DNA of 64,000 nt from a bacterium (GTDB taxonomy: Bacteria > UBA8248 > JACPRG01 > G963555815): assembly GCA_965261595.1 (NCBI GenBank), contig CBDHDG010000007.1, positions 1,120,001 through 1,184,000 of the forward strand, given 5' to 3'. The position numbers were made by a program, and so were the translations under genes. This document shows, piece after piece, positions 1 through 10,628 of the stretch. Each line of letters opens with the position of its first letter. Position 1 is the first letter of the stretch. Below the pieces are notes generated by a model. That model did no database searches. It was not told where the DNA came from and was given only the letters and a program-made list of their open reading frames with translations.

Positions 1-503
1 AGACAAATCCGCCTGACCCCGGCCAGGGCTCCGATGAAAGCCCCCGCGCCCCCGCCAAGGGTGGCCGGGGAAGAAAATTCGACCTCATTTTCCCGTTGCT
101 CGCGGGGGTGTGCGCGGGCATCGCCGCCATTCTCTACAAGGTTGGCCTGGCCCGGCTCGACTCTCCCTTGTTGGGCGCCTGGATCGGTTCCACGATAGCC
201 CTTCTGATTTTGCCCGGGATCGCGCTGCTTTTCCCGAAACCGGACCGATACCGGATCGGCCCGCCGCGGGCCTGGATGTGGGTCTCCCTGGGGGCGCTGG
301 CCATCGCGGGGGCGATTTACTGTCGAATCCTGTCCGTCGGTCTGGGGGATGTCTCTATCGTCTTCACCCTGGTCCAGACCTCCCCGCTGTTTGTCATCCT
401 CATTTCAGCCGTCTTCCTGCGGGAGCTGGAACGGGTGACCCGGCAGGTCGTTTTCGGGGCCGTCCTCACCGTCGCGGGCGCGATCGTCGTGAGCGTCTTT
501 TAA
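1..503 (+). CDS. EamA/DMT family transporter, 5'-partial at window edge
   Basis: Hydrophobic ORF ending GDVSIVFTLVQTSPLFVILISAVFLRELE, close paralogue of the C-terminal half of 634..1575. Confidence 0.85.
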   Translation, partial: TNPPDPGQGSDESPRAPAKGGRGRKFDLIFPLLAGVCAGIAAILYKVGLARLDSPLLGAWIGSTIALLILPGIALLFPKPDRYRIGPPRAWMWVSLGALAIAGAIYCRILSVGLGDVSIVFTLVQTSPLFVILISAVFLRELERVTRQVVFGAVLTVAGAIVVSVF

Positions 504-633
504 GGGTGCGGGCGGCTGCCTCGGGAGCGGAGCGTTGGAGGTTCGCCGTCTCCCTCCTTGACGGGATTTTCTTTTCAAACCTTCTTCGTGTTTCAGCGAA
601 AACTCCGAGGATCGTCCTTTTGGGAAATCACAG

Positions 634-1575
634 ATGCCCCCGTTAGCTGTATGGGTTGCGCTCTTGGGCGCCCTGCTTTATGCGGTGTCCGACACCACGA
701 TGCGAACCGCCTTGCGGACCGCGACGCCGATGGCGGGTTCTCTCATGATCGCGATCATCCAGTGGGTTCTCTACACCATTCTGGTTTTCACAACGGGCGC
801 GCTCAGCTCCATCAACGCGGCGGGCCTGGCCTGGTTCGCCGTCGCGGGGATTCTGACCCCCGGCCTTTTCATGGCCTTTTTCTACATCGGCGTTCAGCGA
901 ATCGGCGCCGCCCGCGCCGCCACGATCAAGTCGGCGGCGCCGGTGTACGCGGTCATCTGCGCGACCCTCTTCCTGGGCGAGCGGCCCAGCGTCCTTCAAT
1001 TCATCGGCATCGCCTCGGTGGTCGCGGGCGTGTTGACGATTGTGTCCCAGAGCGGAAGCGGAACGCGGCCGGAGGCGAATCCGGCGGGTACCGGCCCGCG
1101 CTCCGCTGAACGCCCCCGCACCCCCGTCAAGACAAGCCGGGGAAGAAAATTCGACCTCATTTTCCCGTTGCTTGCTGGGGTGTGCACCGGCCTCGCGGCC
1201 GTTCTCTACAAGTTTGGCTTCGCCCGGCTCGACTCTCCCTTGCTCGCCGCCTGGGTCGGGGCCACGGAAGCCCTTCTGATTTTGCCCCTGATCGCCCTGC
1301 TTTTCCCAAAACCGGACCGATACCGGATCGGCGCGCGTCGGGCCTGGCTGTGGGTCATCTTGGCCGGGCTGGCCACCGCCGGGGCGATTTATTGTCGAGT
1401 CCTGTCCATCGCCCTGGGGGATGTCTCTATCGTCTTCACCCTGATCCAGACCTCCCCGCTGTTTGTCGTCATCATTTCCGCCGTCTTCCTTCGGGAGTTG
1501 GAGCGGATAACCCGTCAGGTCGTTTTCGGGGCCGTCCTCACCGTCGCGGGCGGGATTGTCGTGAGCGTTTTTTAA
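634..1575 (+). CDS. EamA/DMT family transporter
   Basis: Two five-helix hydrophobic repeats with GAARAATI..P and LFLGERPS motifs. Confidence 0.9.
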   Translation: MPPLAVWVALLGALLYAVSDTTMRTALRTATPMAGSLMIAIIQWVLYTILVFTTGALSSINAAGLAWFAVAGILTPGLFMAFFYIGVQRIGAARAATIKSAAPVYAVICATLFLGERPSVLQFIGIASVVAGVLTIVSQSGSGTRPEANPAGTGPRSAERPRTPVKTSRGRKFDLIFPLLAGVCTGLAAVLYKFGFARLDSPLLAAWVGATEALLILPLIALLFPKPDRYRIGARRAWLWVILAGLATAGAIYCRVLSIALGDVSIVFTLIQTSPLFVVIISAVFLRELERITRQVVFGAVLTVAGGIVVSVF

Positions 1576-1968
1576 GGGTGAGGCCGGACGATTGGAAGCT
1601 ATGTCCGATTGCCGGTCGGGGCCGGGCCGATGAAGACGTGCGCGGAAGACATCTATAGCGGCTCAGGGTCGTTGCTTTACATTGCACTACGTCGCAATCA
1701 GCCCATCTATTCGATTGAGCGTTTTGGTCTCCCGCACCTTTCGCTGGAGTGCAGAGTCAAGCAACGACCCCCTCTCTCCCCCCAGGTCGCTAGGATTCCA
1801 GCACTCATTGACAAAATGCGAGTTAAGACCAATTTTTTTCGAGAAGACTATCGCCAGTCGGAGGAGGAAAAGGAAATAGGAGAGAACTAAGACGTTAGGG
1901 TTTAAAAAAAGAGTCAATATTTTTGTTGCCAAATTCTTCCTTCCTTCGACCACTTGGAGTTGACCCAA

Positions 1969-2373
1969 TCACTCACGCAGCAATCCAGAAATTCGCTCAA
2001 TAACGGAATTCACATCCTCTTCAACCTCGTGCTCCCAAATTCTGAAAGGAACCCAACCAATTTCTTGTAATTGCTGCTTTACCTTTCGATCTCGCTCAAT
2101 ATTTCCTTGCAACTTCTTGTGCCAAAAGTCCTTATTTGTTTTGGGCTTTGTTGAATGTAGAGGACACCCATGCCAGAAACAACCATCAATAAACACCGCT
2201 ATTAGACCATTTAAAAAGACTAGATCCGGTTTTCCAGGAATATTGTATCCAAGGCGATAACGTAATCCTCTTGCCCAGAGAGCTTTTCGCACACGAACTT
2301 CAGTCCCGGTGTTCTTTCCTTTTATGCGTGACATGCAGTGACGTCGTTGCTCAGGAGTCATTACGTCCGCCAC
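1969..2373 (-). CDS. vsr: Very short patch repair endonuclease
   Basis: GTG start, MADVMTPEQRRHCMSRIKGKNT..E, PGKPDLVF, FIDGCFWHGCP and RIWEHE motifs. Confidence 0.95.
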   Translation of the reverse strand: MADVMTPEQRRHCMSRIKGKNTGTEVRVRKALWARGLRYRLGYNIPGKPDLVFLNGLIAVFIDGCFWHGCPLHSTKPKTNKDFWHKKLQGNIERDRKVKQQLQEIGWVPFRIWEHEVEEDVNSVIERISGLLRE

Positions 2374-2410
2374 GGTATTGAATCCCCTAGTCCTAATTGG
2401 AATTAGACAT

Positions 2411-3537
2411 TTATTCTTCTTCCAGATCTTCAGGATTATCAAGCTGGATCACTTCCCCGAATTGGAGAATTGATGGAGAAACTGAAATTCCATCAGGAGT
2501 AACACCGCCAGGTAGATTTCCAAAGAGCTCCATTATAGGGATGACAAATATCCGAATGTTTCGACAGATCCGGAATTTCGCATCTCTTTCCGTAGCTTCA
2601 AATATTCGATACAGATCATATCTGCCAGTTGAGTCACCCATTTCCCGGAGCTCGCCCATTGATATGTGTATTACACGCTCAAATCCGCCCGCTGTTGATT
2701 TGACATCGATATCATTTGTTGGGATATCAGTTAATTCGACTTGAAAGTCGTATGGAGCAATTGCATTTTCAGCTGAAATCCAAGCAAAGTCAATTATTTC
2801 CTCTTGCTTTTTAAGCGACTTAGATAACCATTAACATATTCTCCTCCAAGCTGTCCTATGGCATCCGCATTCTCCCTAGCTTGTCGCAACTCCCCCCTAG
2901 ATAATGTCCTTCGGATTGTTCCAGATAGTAAGGTCTGCGTTCCTTGCAATCCTCCCAATGAAGCGTCCTCAAGGGCAGACTCTAAAAGCAATACGTTAAG
3001 AGGGTGCTCCTCGGGAAGGGTCGTACCTTCCACGATCCTGCTAAATTCCGATAATCCCAATGCGATCATGCTGTTGTTTCCTAACCTGTGTTCTAACACA
3101 GAGTGGGTAACAGAATCTTCGGTGATTCCTTTGGAAAGAAAAACAGCTGTCATCGCAAAAGGATACACATCCCCAGTAAAGTGGAATGCAACAATGTCAC
3201 CAGGGCCAAGCAAATTGAACCTTTCTGGATCGTCCGCTGGATTAAAAATGAATTCTCCATCCAATCTCCAATTCTTATATGCGCTAGTTGCCTTTATGAT
3301 CTTCCTCTGAAGATTGTACTTTCTTTTCAGGCCAGGGCCATAAATTGAAAGATCTATAGGAATTCTGCCTGAGCGCCCTTGAGATGTTAGAGGAAGCGAA
3401 GGATATAGTTCTCTAATGAAAATATCTGCGTTAAGATTTATTGCTTTTTGATTGCCCGCTGGTTTGTTTCGAAAATGCCATTCAAAGAATGTAAGGTCGG
3501 ACGCCGTAAGCCTTTTGACCGCGATTTTTCGAATCAT
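2411..3537 (-). pseudogene. Putative restriction endonuclease with C-terminal DUF3883-like PD-(D/E)xK domain, one frameshift
   Basis: Adding one base to the T5 run at 2808-2812 joins ORF 2794..3537 to ...WISAENAIAPYDF...IDVKST... and ORF 2411..2659 (about 375 aa). Lies between a C5-MTase and vsr. Confidence 0.7.
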
Positions 3538-4248
3538 CTATTTCCCAACCATCTTTTCAATCATCGCTTGCCCAATTGCCTTTGCCAATAATGGAGGAAC
3601 AGCATTTCCAATTTTTCTAAAGGCTGGATTCATAGTTCCTGAAAAGAAAAAGCCGTCCGGAAAGGACTGGAGTCTGGCAGCTTCGCGGACTGAGATTGTA
3701 CGTGCTTGTGCGCTATCGTAATGGATATGTGAATAGCCATCTTTGCCAAGGTGTGCCATTAAGGTTCTTGCTGGCCGGTCTCCTTCCATCTTGCGCCATT
3801 TGTTTGGAAACTTATCCGGATCGTACGGTGGAACGAATTCTTTCTCTAGTTTCTTGAAGTCTGCAGTGTCATTCTTGACGATTGTTCCTTTTTTTGCAAG
3901 TTGATGTAATCTCTCACTCAGCATCTGAGAAGCCAGTTTATGAGCTTCTGGATACTGATCGCCTGAATTCATCCGCCGGAAGATCTTGTAATCTCTCGGC
4001 AAATATCTAATAACATGATCCATCAAAAATTCGTGGCTTTCAAAGTTGGGCCAAGACCGCATTTTAGTCGCATACGCGGAAGGCTTCACATTGGGTGCAT
4101 AGGCAACCTTTTCATTAAACCGTCTAGCTCCCCGTTTCAGTTTTCCTTCGGGGTGAAGCGTAATTGATGGAAGGTCTTGAAGCGCATCCTTTGCAGTGAG
4201 CGCAGGCGGCAACTCAGGACGAGCTTTGGGTGGGTCGCAATAAAACAT
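3538..4248 (-). pseudogene. DNA (cytosine-5)-methyltransferase, C-terminal part only, cut by IS1595
   Basis: Motifs IX/X RTISVREAARLQSFPD and IGNAVPPLLAKAIG present; FxGxG, PC and ENV motifs absent; abuts IS end at 4249. Confidence 0.88.
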
Positions 4249-5148
4249 GGTGATTGTAAAAGATATGACACCGGATTAGGCTGGTGTCGTGGACCTGAAG
4301 AGCTTTGAAGTCCTTGTAAAATCGGAAGCTACAGCGAGACGCCATCTGCTCATGGCGTGTCAGAAAAACGGGCGTAAAATCTGCCCTCGTTGTGAGGGTC
4401 GAAAACGCTACGTTTTGGGCACGCGGGGGCGCTTTCGCTGCGCTGGGTGTCGGTACACCTTCGGGCCGTTCACGGGCCGCTGGCTGGGCCAACTTCGCCT
4501 CTCGGCCCGGCAGTGGCTTTGGGTGGTGAAGCTCTTTGAGCTGGAGGTCTCGGCCCGCAAGATGGCCCAGCAACTCGCCGTGAGCTATCCGACAGCGCTG
4601 CGGGCCGTGACGACGCTCAGGCGCAGTCTTGTGGCCGGCACGCCGGGGGGACAGGAGCTTCTTCGAGGGGAGGTGGAGGCGGACGAGGCCTACTTCGGGG
4701 GCAAGCGCAAGGGCAAGAGAGGCCGAGGCGCAGCGGGTAAAGTCCCTGTTTTCGGCATATTGGAGCGGGGCGGCCGGGTGAAGGTGGAGGCGGTCGGCAA
4801 CGTCAAGGCCCAGACCCTTTTGGCCTCCACCGTGAAGTTGGTCCGTCGGGGCAGCGTGGTCTACACCGACCGCTACCGGGTCTATGACGCCCTGATGTTC
4901 TGCGGCTATCGCCACTTGCGGGTGGATCATGATCGGCGCTTCAGTCGGGGCAAAGTGCACATCAACGGCCTGGAAGGCTTTTGGGCCTACGCCAAGGAGA
5001 GGCTCATCAAACATCATGGGGTGTCCAAAGAGCGGTTCCCCCTCTACCTGAAGGAGATGGAATTCCGTTACAATCACCGACACCAGGATCTCTTTCCCCT
5101 GGTGGTCCAACATCTCACTCAATTAGTGTCAAAACCTTTATAATCCCC
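4249..5148 (+). mobile_element. IS1595-family insertion sequence, copy 1 (900 bp)
   Basis: Imperfect terminal IRs GGTGATTGTAAAAG / CCTTTATAATCCCC; near-identical to 52765..53664. Confidence 0.92.
4289..5143 (+). CDS. IS1595-family transposase
   Basis: CPRC..CAGC zinc ribbon, EVEADEAYFGG, VYTD, HINGLEGFW, YLKEMEFRYN. Confidence 0.95.
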   Translation: MDLKSFEVLVKSEATARRHLLMACQKNGRKICPRCEGRKRYVLGTRGRFRCAGCRYTFGPFTGRWLGQLRLSARQWLWVVKLFELEVSARKMAQQLAVSYPTALRAVTTLRRSLVAGTPGGQELLRGEVEADEAYFGGKRKGKRGRGAAGKVPVFGILERGGRVKVEAVGNVKAQTLLASTVKLVRRGSVVYTDRYRVYDALMFCGYRHLRVDHDRRFSRGKVHINGLEGFWAYAKERLIKHHGVSKERFPLYLKEMEFRYNHRHQDLFPLVVQHLTQLVSKPL

Positions 5149-5274
5149 AATACTTATGATCTATCTGGAAATCCGGGGTAAAGCCATTAACCGGACACGA
5201 CATTGGCGCATCACGACGAGGCCAGTATGATAATATGAAGTGCTCCAATAATCCAAGCGGATTGAAGGAACCGA

Positions 5275-5964
5275 TTGAGGAAAAAAATCATAAAACCAGC
5301 GGATTACGCCAAGCACATCACCTCGCTCAACCGCGACCTTTACGACGAGCTGGGAATCGAGCAGGCCTTCATGGCCCTGTCGGGAATCACGGACCGGGAG
5401 AAGGTCATGCGGATGGTGATCACCCGGATGAAGCAGGGCCTTTGGAACGAGATCATGGTGGGCAAGGCCTGCGCCTCCTGGATCCCCAACGCCCCCCTGG
5501 CCATGCAGGTCCTCCTCGCCCGACAGGTGGACGAGGAATACCGGCATTACCGGTGGCTGAAAAAACGGCTGATCCAGCTCCACGAAGACCCTTTCGACTG
5601 GGACCCCCTCGATGTGCACCAGGAGATCCTCGACCTCTGCCTGGCCGCCGCGGAATGGGACATTTTCGAACAGATGATGCTCATGAACTATACGGTCGAA
5701 ACCATCATGGCTTACTGGGGGAACGAGCCCTTTATCAACGCCATCGAGCCCATCGACCCCTCCACGGCGGCGATTTACCGGAAGATCCAGAAGGACGAGA
5801 TCTTTCACCACAAGGTGGGCCGGCTCGCCATCGAACGCTACGCCACCGACGATGAGAAACAGGCCCGCGCCACGGCGGCGCGGGAAAAAATAATTCCCTA
5901 CATGCGCCGCATCGTGCCCGACTGGCGGGCGCGGGTCGAGGCGGCCGTCGCCTCGGCCTCCTGA
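5275..5964 (+). CDS. Ferritin-like (diiron carboxylate) protein
   Basis: E...EEYRH...E...DEIFH ligand pattern in a helical protein; start codon uncertain. Confidence 0.75.
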   Translation: MRKKIIKPADYAKHITSLNRDLYDELGIEQAFMALSGITDREKVMRMVITRMKQGLWNEIMVGKACASWIPNAPLAMQVLLARQVDEEYRHYRWLKKRLIQLHEDPFDWDPLDVHQEILDLCLAAAEWDIFEQMMLMNYTVETIMAYWGNEPFINAIEPIDPSTAAIYRKIQKDEIFHHKVGRLAIERYATDDEKQARATAAREKIIPYMRRIVPDWRARVEAAVASAS

Positions 5965-5969
5965 CCCCC

Positions 5970-7271
5970 ATGTGGCTCGAGGACGATCGGGAAAAATCGG
6001 TCGATATCGGCTCGGGCTCCTGGATCGCCGACGTGGCGGCGGCGGAGGGGACGGACCGAATCGATTTCGACGCCCTCCGGGCCGAGCGCATCGCCCGGGC
6101 GAGGGACATCCTGCGGGAGGAGGGTCTGTCGGCCTTTCTTTGCTTCGAGGCCGCCAACATCCGTTACCTCACCGGCCTTCCCCCCGAGCCCTGGAACGAG
6201 CGGGACCGCGCCCGTTGCGTTTTGTTGACCGCCGGTGAAGGCCCCTTCCTCCTGGAATCCGGGCCCCCGTCCGGCGCCCCGCGTTCTCTTCGGCCCGGAC
6301 AAGACGCGGCCGGCCTCCCGGGAAACCATCCCGAGCGCGCCCGCGCGCTGGAGTTGAGGCCGGACGAGTTTCTCTGGATTCCCGCCGATTCCGGGCGAGA
6401 TCCCTTCGCCCCGTTGCTCCGCGCGGGGATCGGACTTCACCGAAAACTCCGTCATCCCGAACCCGGCGGGCGGTTGGGCCTCGACCGGTTGGATGCGGCG
6501 GCGGGGGCCGGCCCGGCGGCCGGACAACGCGACCCGGCCGTGGACATCTTCGTCGACGCGCGTCCGCTTCTCCTGCGCGCCCGGTCCTTGAAAGACATGG
6601 AGGAGCTGGAGTGTCTGCGGTTCGTCACGGACATCGTGGACATCGTGTTTCAGATGACGCGGGCCGAGTGGCTCCGGCCGGAGGCGACGGAGCGGGACAT
6701 CGCCGCCCGGTGCCGGGAATTTCTGATTTCGAGCGGGTTCGAGTCGGTGGAGGACGTGATGTGCGCGGCGGGGGCCAACAGCCTTCTTCCCCGAGCGCTC
6801 CCGACGGACCACGCCGTCCGAGAGGGCGAGCTCGTGATCCTCGGCATCCGAGCGACCGGGCCGGGGGGATACCGGGTCCGCGCGCAACGGACGTTCAAAT
6901 GCGGCGGGAACGTCCGCCCGGAGGAAAACGCCCTCTACCGCCGCTGCCATCAGGCCATGCGCCTGGTCATGGCCAACTGCCGGCCGGGTCGGAATGCGCT
7001 CACGCTTTTGGACGTTCTGGGGGAAGACGAGAGCCTCCCCCGGCCCGCCGGCCATGCCCTGGGGCTGGATTGGGACGAGGGTTGCGGCCTCGGTTCGGAC
7101 GAGAGGCCGGTCGAGGCATGGGAAGAATGTCTGTCGGAGAGTCTCTATCTCACCCTGCGCGTTCACGCCCGAGAGGGCGATGTCGCCGTCGGATTGGAGG
7201 AGAACTTCCTGGTGAGCGCCCAAGGACCCGTTTACTTCACGTGCTTCCCGCTGGAGAAAGACCTTTTGTGA
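5970..7271 (+). CDS. M24/creatinase-fold hydrolase with degenerate metal site
   Basis: ANIRYLTG N-domain, RSLK..EEL, GHALG and LEENFLV; the two Asp ligands are not evident. Confidence 0.7.
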   Translation: MWLEDDREKSVDIGSGSWIADVAAAEGTDRIDFDALRAERIARARDILREEGLSAFLCFEAANIRYLTGLPPEPWNERDRARCVLLTAGEGPFLLESGPPSGAPRSLRPGQDAAGLPGNHPERARALELRPDEFLWIPADSGRDPFAPLLRAGIGLHRKLRHPEPGGRLGLDRLDAAAGAGPAAGQRDPAVDIFVDARPLLLRARSLKDMEELECLRFVTDIVDIVFQMTRAEWLRPEATERDIAARCREFLISSGFESVEDVMCAAGANSLLPRALPTDHAVREGELVILGIRATGPGGYRVRAQRTFKCGGNVRPEENALYRRCHQAMRLVMANCRPGRNALTLLDVLGEDESLPRPAGHALGLDWDEGCGLGSDERPVEAWEECLSESLYLTLRVHAREGDVAVGLEENFLVSAQGPVYFTCFPLEKDLL

Positions 7272-7420
7272 TCCGCCGGCCTCACGATACTCGAAGTCAT
7301 CAAACCAAATCCATGATCGACAGGTTGCACCGTTCAAAGCGGTTTTTCTAAGTCAAATTACCGCTCCTCCTGGTGTCGGCCTTGGCGCACCATCCCTCCG
7401 AATATTCACCTCTCCGTCTT

Positions 7421-7505
7421 TTTTTTTAATCTGCGCAATCTGTGTAATCTGTGGATAACAGGTTTGCTCCGTTTTTGAATCTTCGGATGGAAGAGGAGAC
7501 AGAAC
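7421..7505 (+). repeat. Leader duplicated at 8001..8085, containing three 9-bp AATCTGYGN units
   Basis: aatctgcgc aatctgtgt aatctgtgg at 7428-7454 followed by a near-identical leader and RBS in both copies. Confidence 0.9.
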
Positions 7506-7901
7506 ATGCCGCGTGAATACTTCAAGGGAACCTGGGAGGAAGGCCGCGGATTCTCGCTGGCGGTGACGACCCGGGGCGGAAAAATCGTCTGGCTTGCGGG
7601 CGTGGGAATGGCGATGGACGAGGAAGGAAATTCCCTTGCCGGAGACTTCGTGGCCCAGGCCCACGCTTCGTTCCGCGAAATCGAGCGGACGCTGAAGCGG
7701 GCGGGCGGAACGCTCCAGGACATCGTGACGACGGCGGTCTTCACGCTGGACGTTCGGTACGGGGAGAAAATCATCCCGGAGATCCGCAGGCAATACTTCC
7801 CCGACGCGTTCCCGGCCGCCGCCTTGATCGCGGTGTCCGGTTTCGCCCGGCCGGATATGATGATCGAGATCCAGGCCATCGCCGTTGTGGGAGAAGAGTA
7901 G
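7506..7901 (+). CDS. RidA/YjgF/YER057c family protein
   Basis: AGGTLQDIV..., FPAAALIAVSGFARPDMMIEIQAIAV; RBS GAGGAG. Confidence 0.9.
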   Translation: MPREYFKGTWEEGRGFSLAVTTRGGKIVWLAGVGMAMDEEGNSLAGDFVAQAHASFREIERTLKRAGGTLQDIVTTAVFTLDVRYGEKIIPEIRRQYFPDAFPAAALIAVSGFARPDMMIEIQAIAVVGEE

Positions 7902-8085
7902 CTCCACGGATTCCGGCGATCACGGGTTTTGAAGTCGTTCAATTCCGTTGACTCTTATGCCGTCAAAGGCGATCGTCCGCCTGGTTTTGCCTCCTCCTCT
8001 TTTTTTAATCTGTGCAATCTGTGTAATCTGTGGATGACAGGTTTGCTCCGTTTTTGAATCTTCGGATGGAAGAAGGAGACCAAAC

Positions 8086-8478
8086 ATGCCGCGCGAATAC
8101 TTCAAGGGAACCTGGTAAGAAGACCGCTCTTTCTCGCCCGTCGTGGCGACCCGAGGCGGGAGGACGCTCTGGCTGGCCGGCGTCGGGGCGCGGGAGGACG
8201 AGGAGGGAAACTCCCTGGCGGGCGACTTCGAGGGCCAAGTCCACGCCACGTTCAAGTTGATTGAAAAAAACCTGTCGCGGGCGGGCGGAACGCTTCAGGA
8301 CATCGTGACCATGACGGCCTTCACCCTGGAGGTGCGCTACGGCGACCGCTTCACGGAGCTTCGAAGACAGTACTTCTCGGGCGGGTATCCGGGCAGCGCC
8401 CTCATCACCGTTGCCGGATTCGCCCATCCGGACATGATGCTCGAGATCCAGGCCATCGCCGTCGTGGGGGACGAGTAG
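8086..8478 (+). pseudogene. RidA family paralogue with TAA at codon 11
   Basis: MPREYFKGTW identical to 7506 copy, TAA at 8116-8118 where the paralogue has GAG, homology continues in frame. Confidence 0.85.
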
Positions 8479-8732
8479 GACCCGCGGATTTCGTAGACGG
8501 GGAAGGAAAGCCCTTTTTGATCCAATGATGGCAGGCGTCCTGGGAAAGACCATCCCAAAGGCGCTCCGGCGGATTTCTTCGTTCGAATGGCGGGAAATCC
8601 GGCCGACCACGGCGCTCAAATTAATTCTTGCAATTTTCGCCGATAGCATTTATCTTGATGACAATCCATCCGAAATACCTGCGACAGGCGTAGTCGGCGG
8701 GTAAAGGTTTGCCGTAGTGCGGGAGATTCAAA

Positions 8733-8939
8733 GTGCCTGAAGGCAGCGTCAAGTGGTTCAATGACTCGAAGGGTTTTGGGTTTATCTCTCAAGCTGATGG
8801 GGACGATGTTTTCGTTCACTTCTCGGCGATCCAGAATGAAGGTTTCAAGTCCCTTCAAGAGGGTGAAAACGTTACATTCGACATTGTCGAAGGCCCAAAA
8901 GGGCTCCAGGCGGCGAATGTAAAAAAGGCGTCGGAATAG
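8733..8939 (+). CDS. Cold-shock protein (CspA family)
   Basis: [13 protein letters not shown] and [12 protein letters not shown] motifs. Confidence 0.97.
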   Translation: MPEGSVKWFNDSKGFGFISQADGDDVFVHFSAIQNEGFKSLQEGENVTFDIVEGPKGLQAANVKKASE

Positions 8940-9194
8940 CGTCTGATCAATCCCCGGTCACCCGGAAAGACGGCGGTCCTGGTTTGACGCCCTCTCTCTG
9001 TCTGAGCGCCGAATCCGGGACTCCCCGATTCAAAGCCCATCTTGCGGCAAAAATCCCCGCGGCGCCTGTGAGAATCGTGCGTCTGGCGGGGAGGAATGAG
9101 TTTCTCCCGCTCCCCGGCCTCTCCCATTCCTCCAAGCGACTGAGCCCACCCCGTTTGATCTTCCCGAACGGCCCGACTGAGAAGGAGTGATTCC

Positions 9195-9689
9195 ATGGCA
9201 TTATCGGCTGTGATAACAACGAGCCGCGGTGAGATCAAGCTGGATTTGCATGAGGACAAAGCCCCCGTCACCGTGGCGAATTTCGCCAATCTGGCGCGGC
9301 GCGGCTACTATGACGGCCTCACGTTCCACCGGGTGCTCCCGGATTTCATGATCCAGGGCGGCTGCCCGCAGGGGGACGGCGCGGGCGGACCGGGTTACCG
9401 GTTCGAAGACGAGTGCTCCCCCAACCTGCGTCATGACGGCCCCGGCGTGCTCTCCATGGCGAACGCGGGGCCGGGCACCAACGGCTCCCAGTTCTTTATC
9501 ACGCATGTCGAAACCTCCTGGCTGGACGGCAAGCACACCGTCTTCGGGCGGGTGACCTCGGGCCGGGAGATTGTGGACGCCATTCAACAGAGCGACGCCA
9601 TCGAGAAGATCACCATCGAGGGAGACGCCTCCGCGCTCTTTGAGACGCACAAAGACCGAATTGATGAGTGGAACGGCATCCTCGGATAG
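9195..9689 (+). CDS. Cyclophilin-type peptidyl-prolyl isomerase
   Basis: [42 protein letters not shown]. Confidence 0.97.
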   Translation: MALSAVITTSRGEIKLDLHEDKAPVTVANFANLARRGYYDGLTFHRVLPDFMIQGGCPQGDGAGGPGYRFEDECSPNLRHDGPGVLSMANAGPGTNGSQFFITHVETSWLDGKHTVFGRVTSGREIVDAIQQSDAIEKITIEGDASALFETHKDRIDEWNGILG

Positions 9690-9824
9690 CCCCCGGTCAA
9701 TCAAGCAGCGGGTTTGGATTCGGGGCGAGGCGTTGACGGCCCCGGGATCCCCCCCCCCCTTCCCCCCTTGTCCCAGGATTCTGAGTCGCCGGACGGTCTC
9801 CGGCGTGAATGAGGGAACCGGACC

Positions 9825-10316
9825 ATGGCGCGTCAATACTGGCTGATGAAGAGTGAGCCGGAGGCCTATTCCTTCGAGGACCTCATGGCGGAGGAGAACC
9901 AGACGGATCATTGGGACGGAATCCGGAACTACCAGGCCCGGAACTTCATGATGGAAATGAGACAGGGGGACGCCGTACTCTTCTACCATTCCAGCACCCA
10001 TCCGCCGCATGTGGCCGGGATCGCCGAGGTGGCGCGCGAGGCATACCCCGACCACACGTCCTGGGACAGGAAGGCGAAATACTACGACCCGAAATCCACG
10101 CCGGAGAATCCCCGCTGGTATATGGTGGATCTCCGCGGGGTGAGGAAGCTGGAGGCCCCGGTCCCCTTGGAGGCCCTGAAAGCCAACCCGAGGCTCAAGG
10201 GCATGCGGGTGGTTCAGAAGGGCCAACGGCTCAGCGTCCAGCCCGCTCTCCGGAAAGAGTTCGAAGAAGTCGAGCGGATGGCGAAGGCGCTTTCAAAGAA
10301 GACTTTCTCCGGATAA
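9825..10316 (+). CDS. EVE domain protein
   Basis: YWLMKSEP, WDGIRNYQARNFM, FYHS, YYDPKS..NPRW, RLSVQP. Confidence 0.95.
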   Translation: MARQYWLMKSEPEAYSFEDLMAEENQTDHWDGIRNYQARNFMMEMRQGDAVLFYHSSTHPPHVAGIAEVAREAYPDHTSWDRKAKYYDPKSTPENPRWYMVDLRGVRKLEAPVPLEALKANPRLKGMRVVQKGQRLSVQPALRKEFEEVERMAKALSKKTFSG

Positions 10317-10628
10317 AGACGCGGGTTTGTCCCGCGCACCCACAGCCTCCGCTGAGCCCGGCTGCCTGCCGGGGGGAGACTATCCCCCCCCCCCCTCCCC
10401 TCCGGATTTTCGTCCGAAGAAATATTCCTTCCGGTATCGGTGTTCGAGGAAGAAAGCCCGTTTTCGGACCCAATCACCCCGAAAATCGTGAATCCCTTTC
10501 CGCCTTCAAGCATCTAAATGACAAGAAATTGACAACCGGGGAAGGCGGGGGCGTCTAATATTGAATTGAGCTTTTCGAATTCAGCCGCCGGATCCCGGTT
10601 GCCCGGTCTGACAGAGGAGGAAAGAGGA

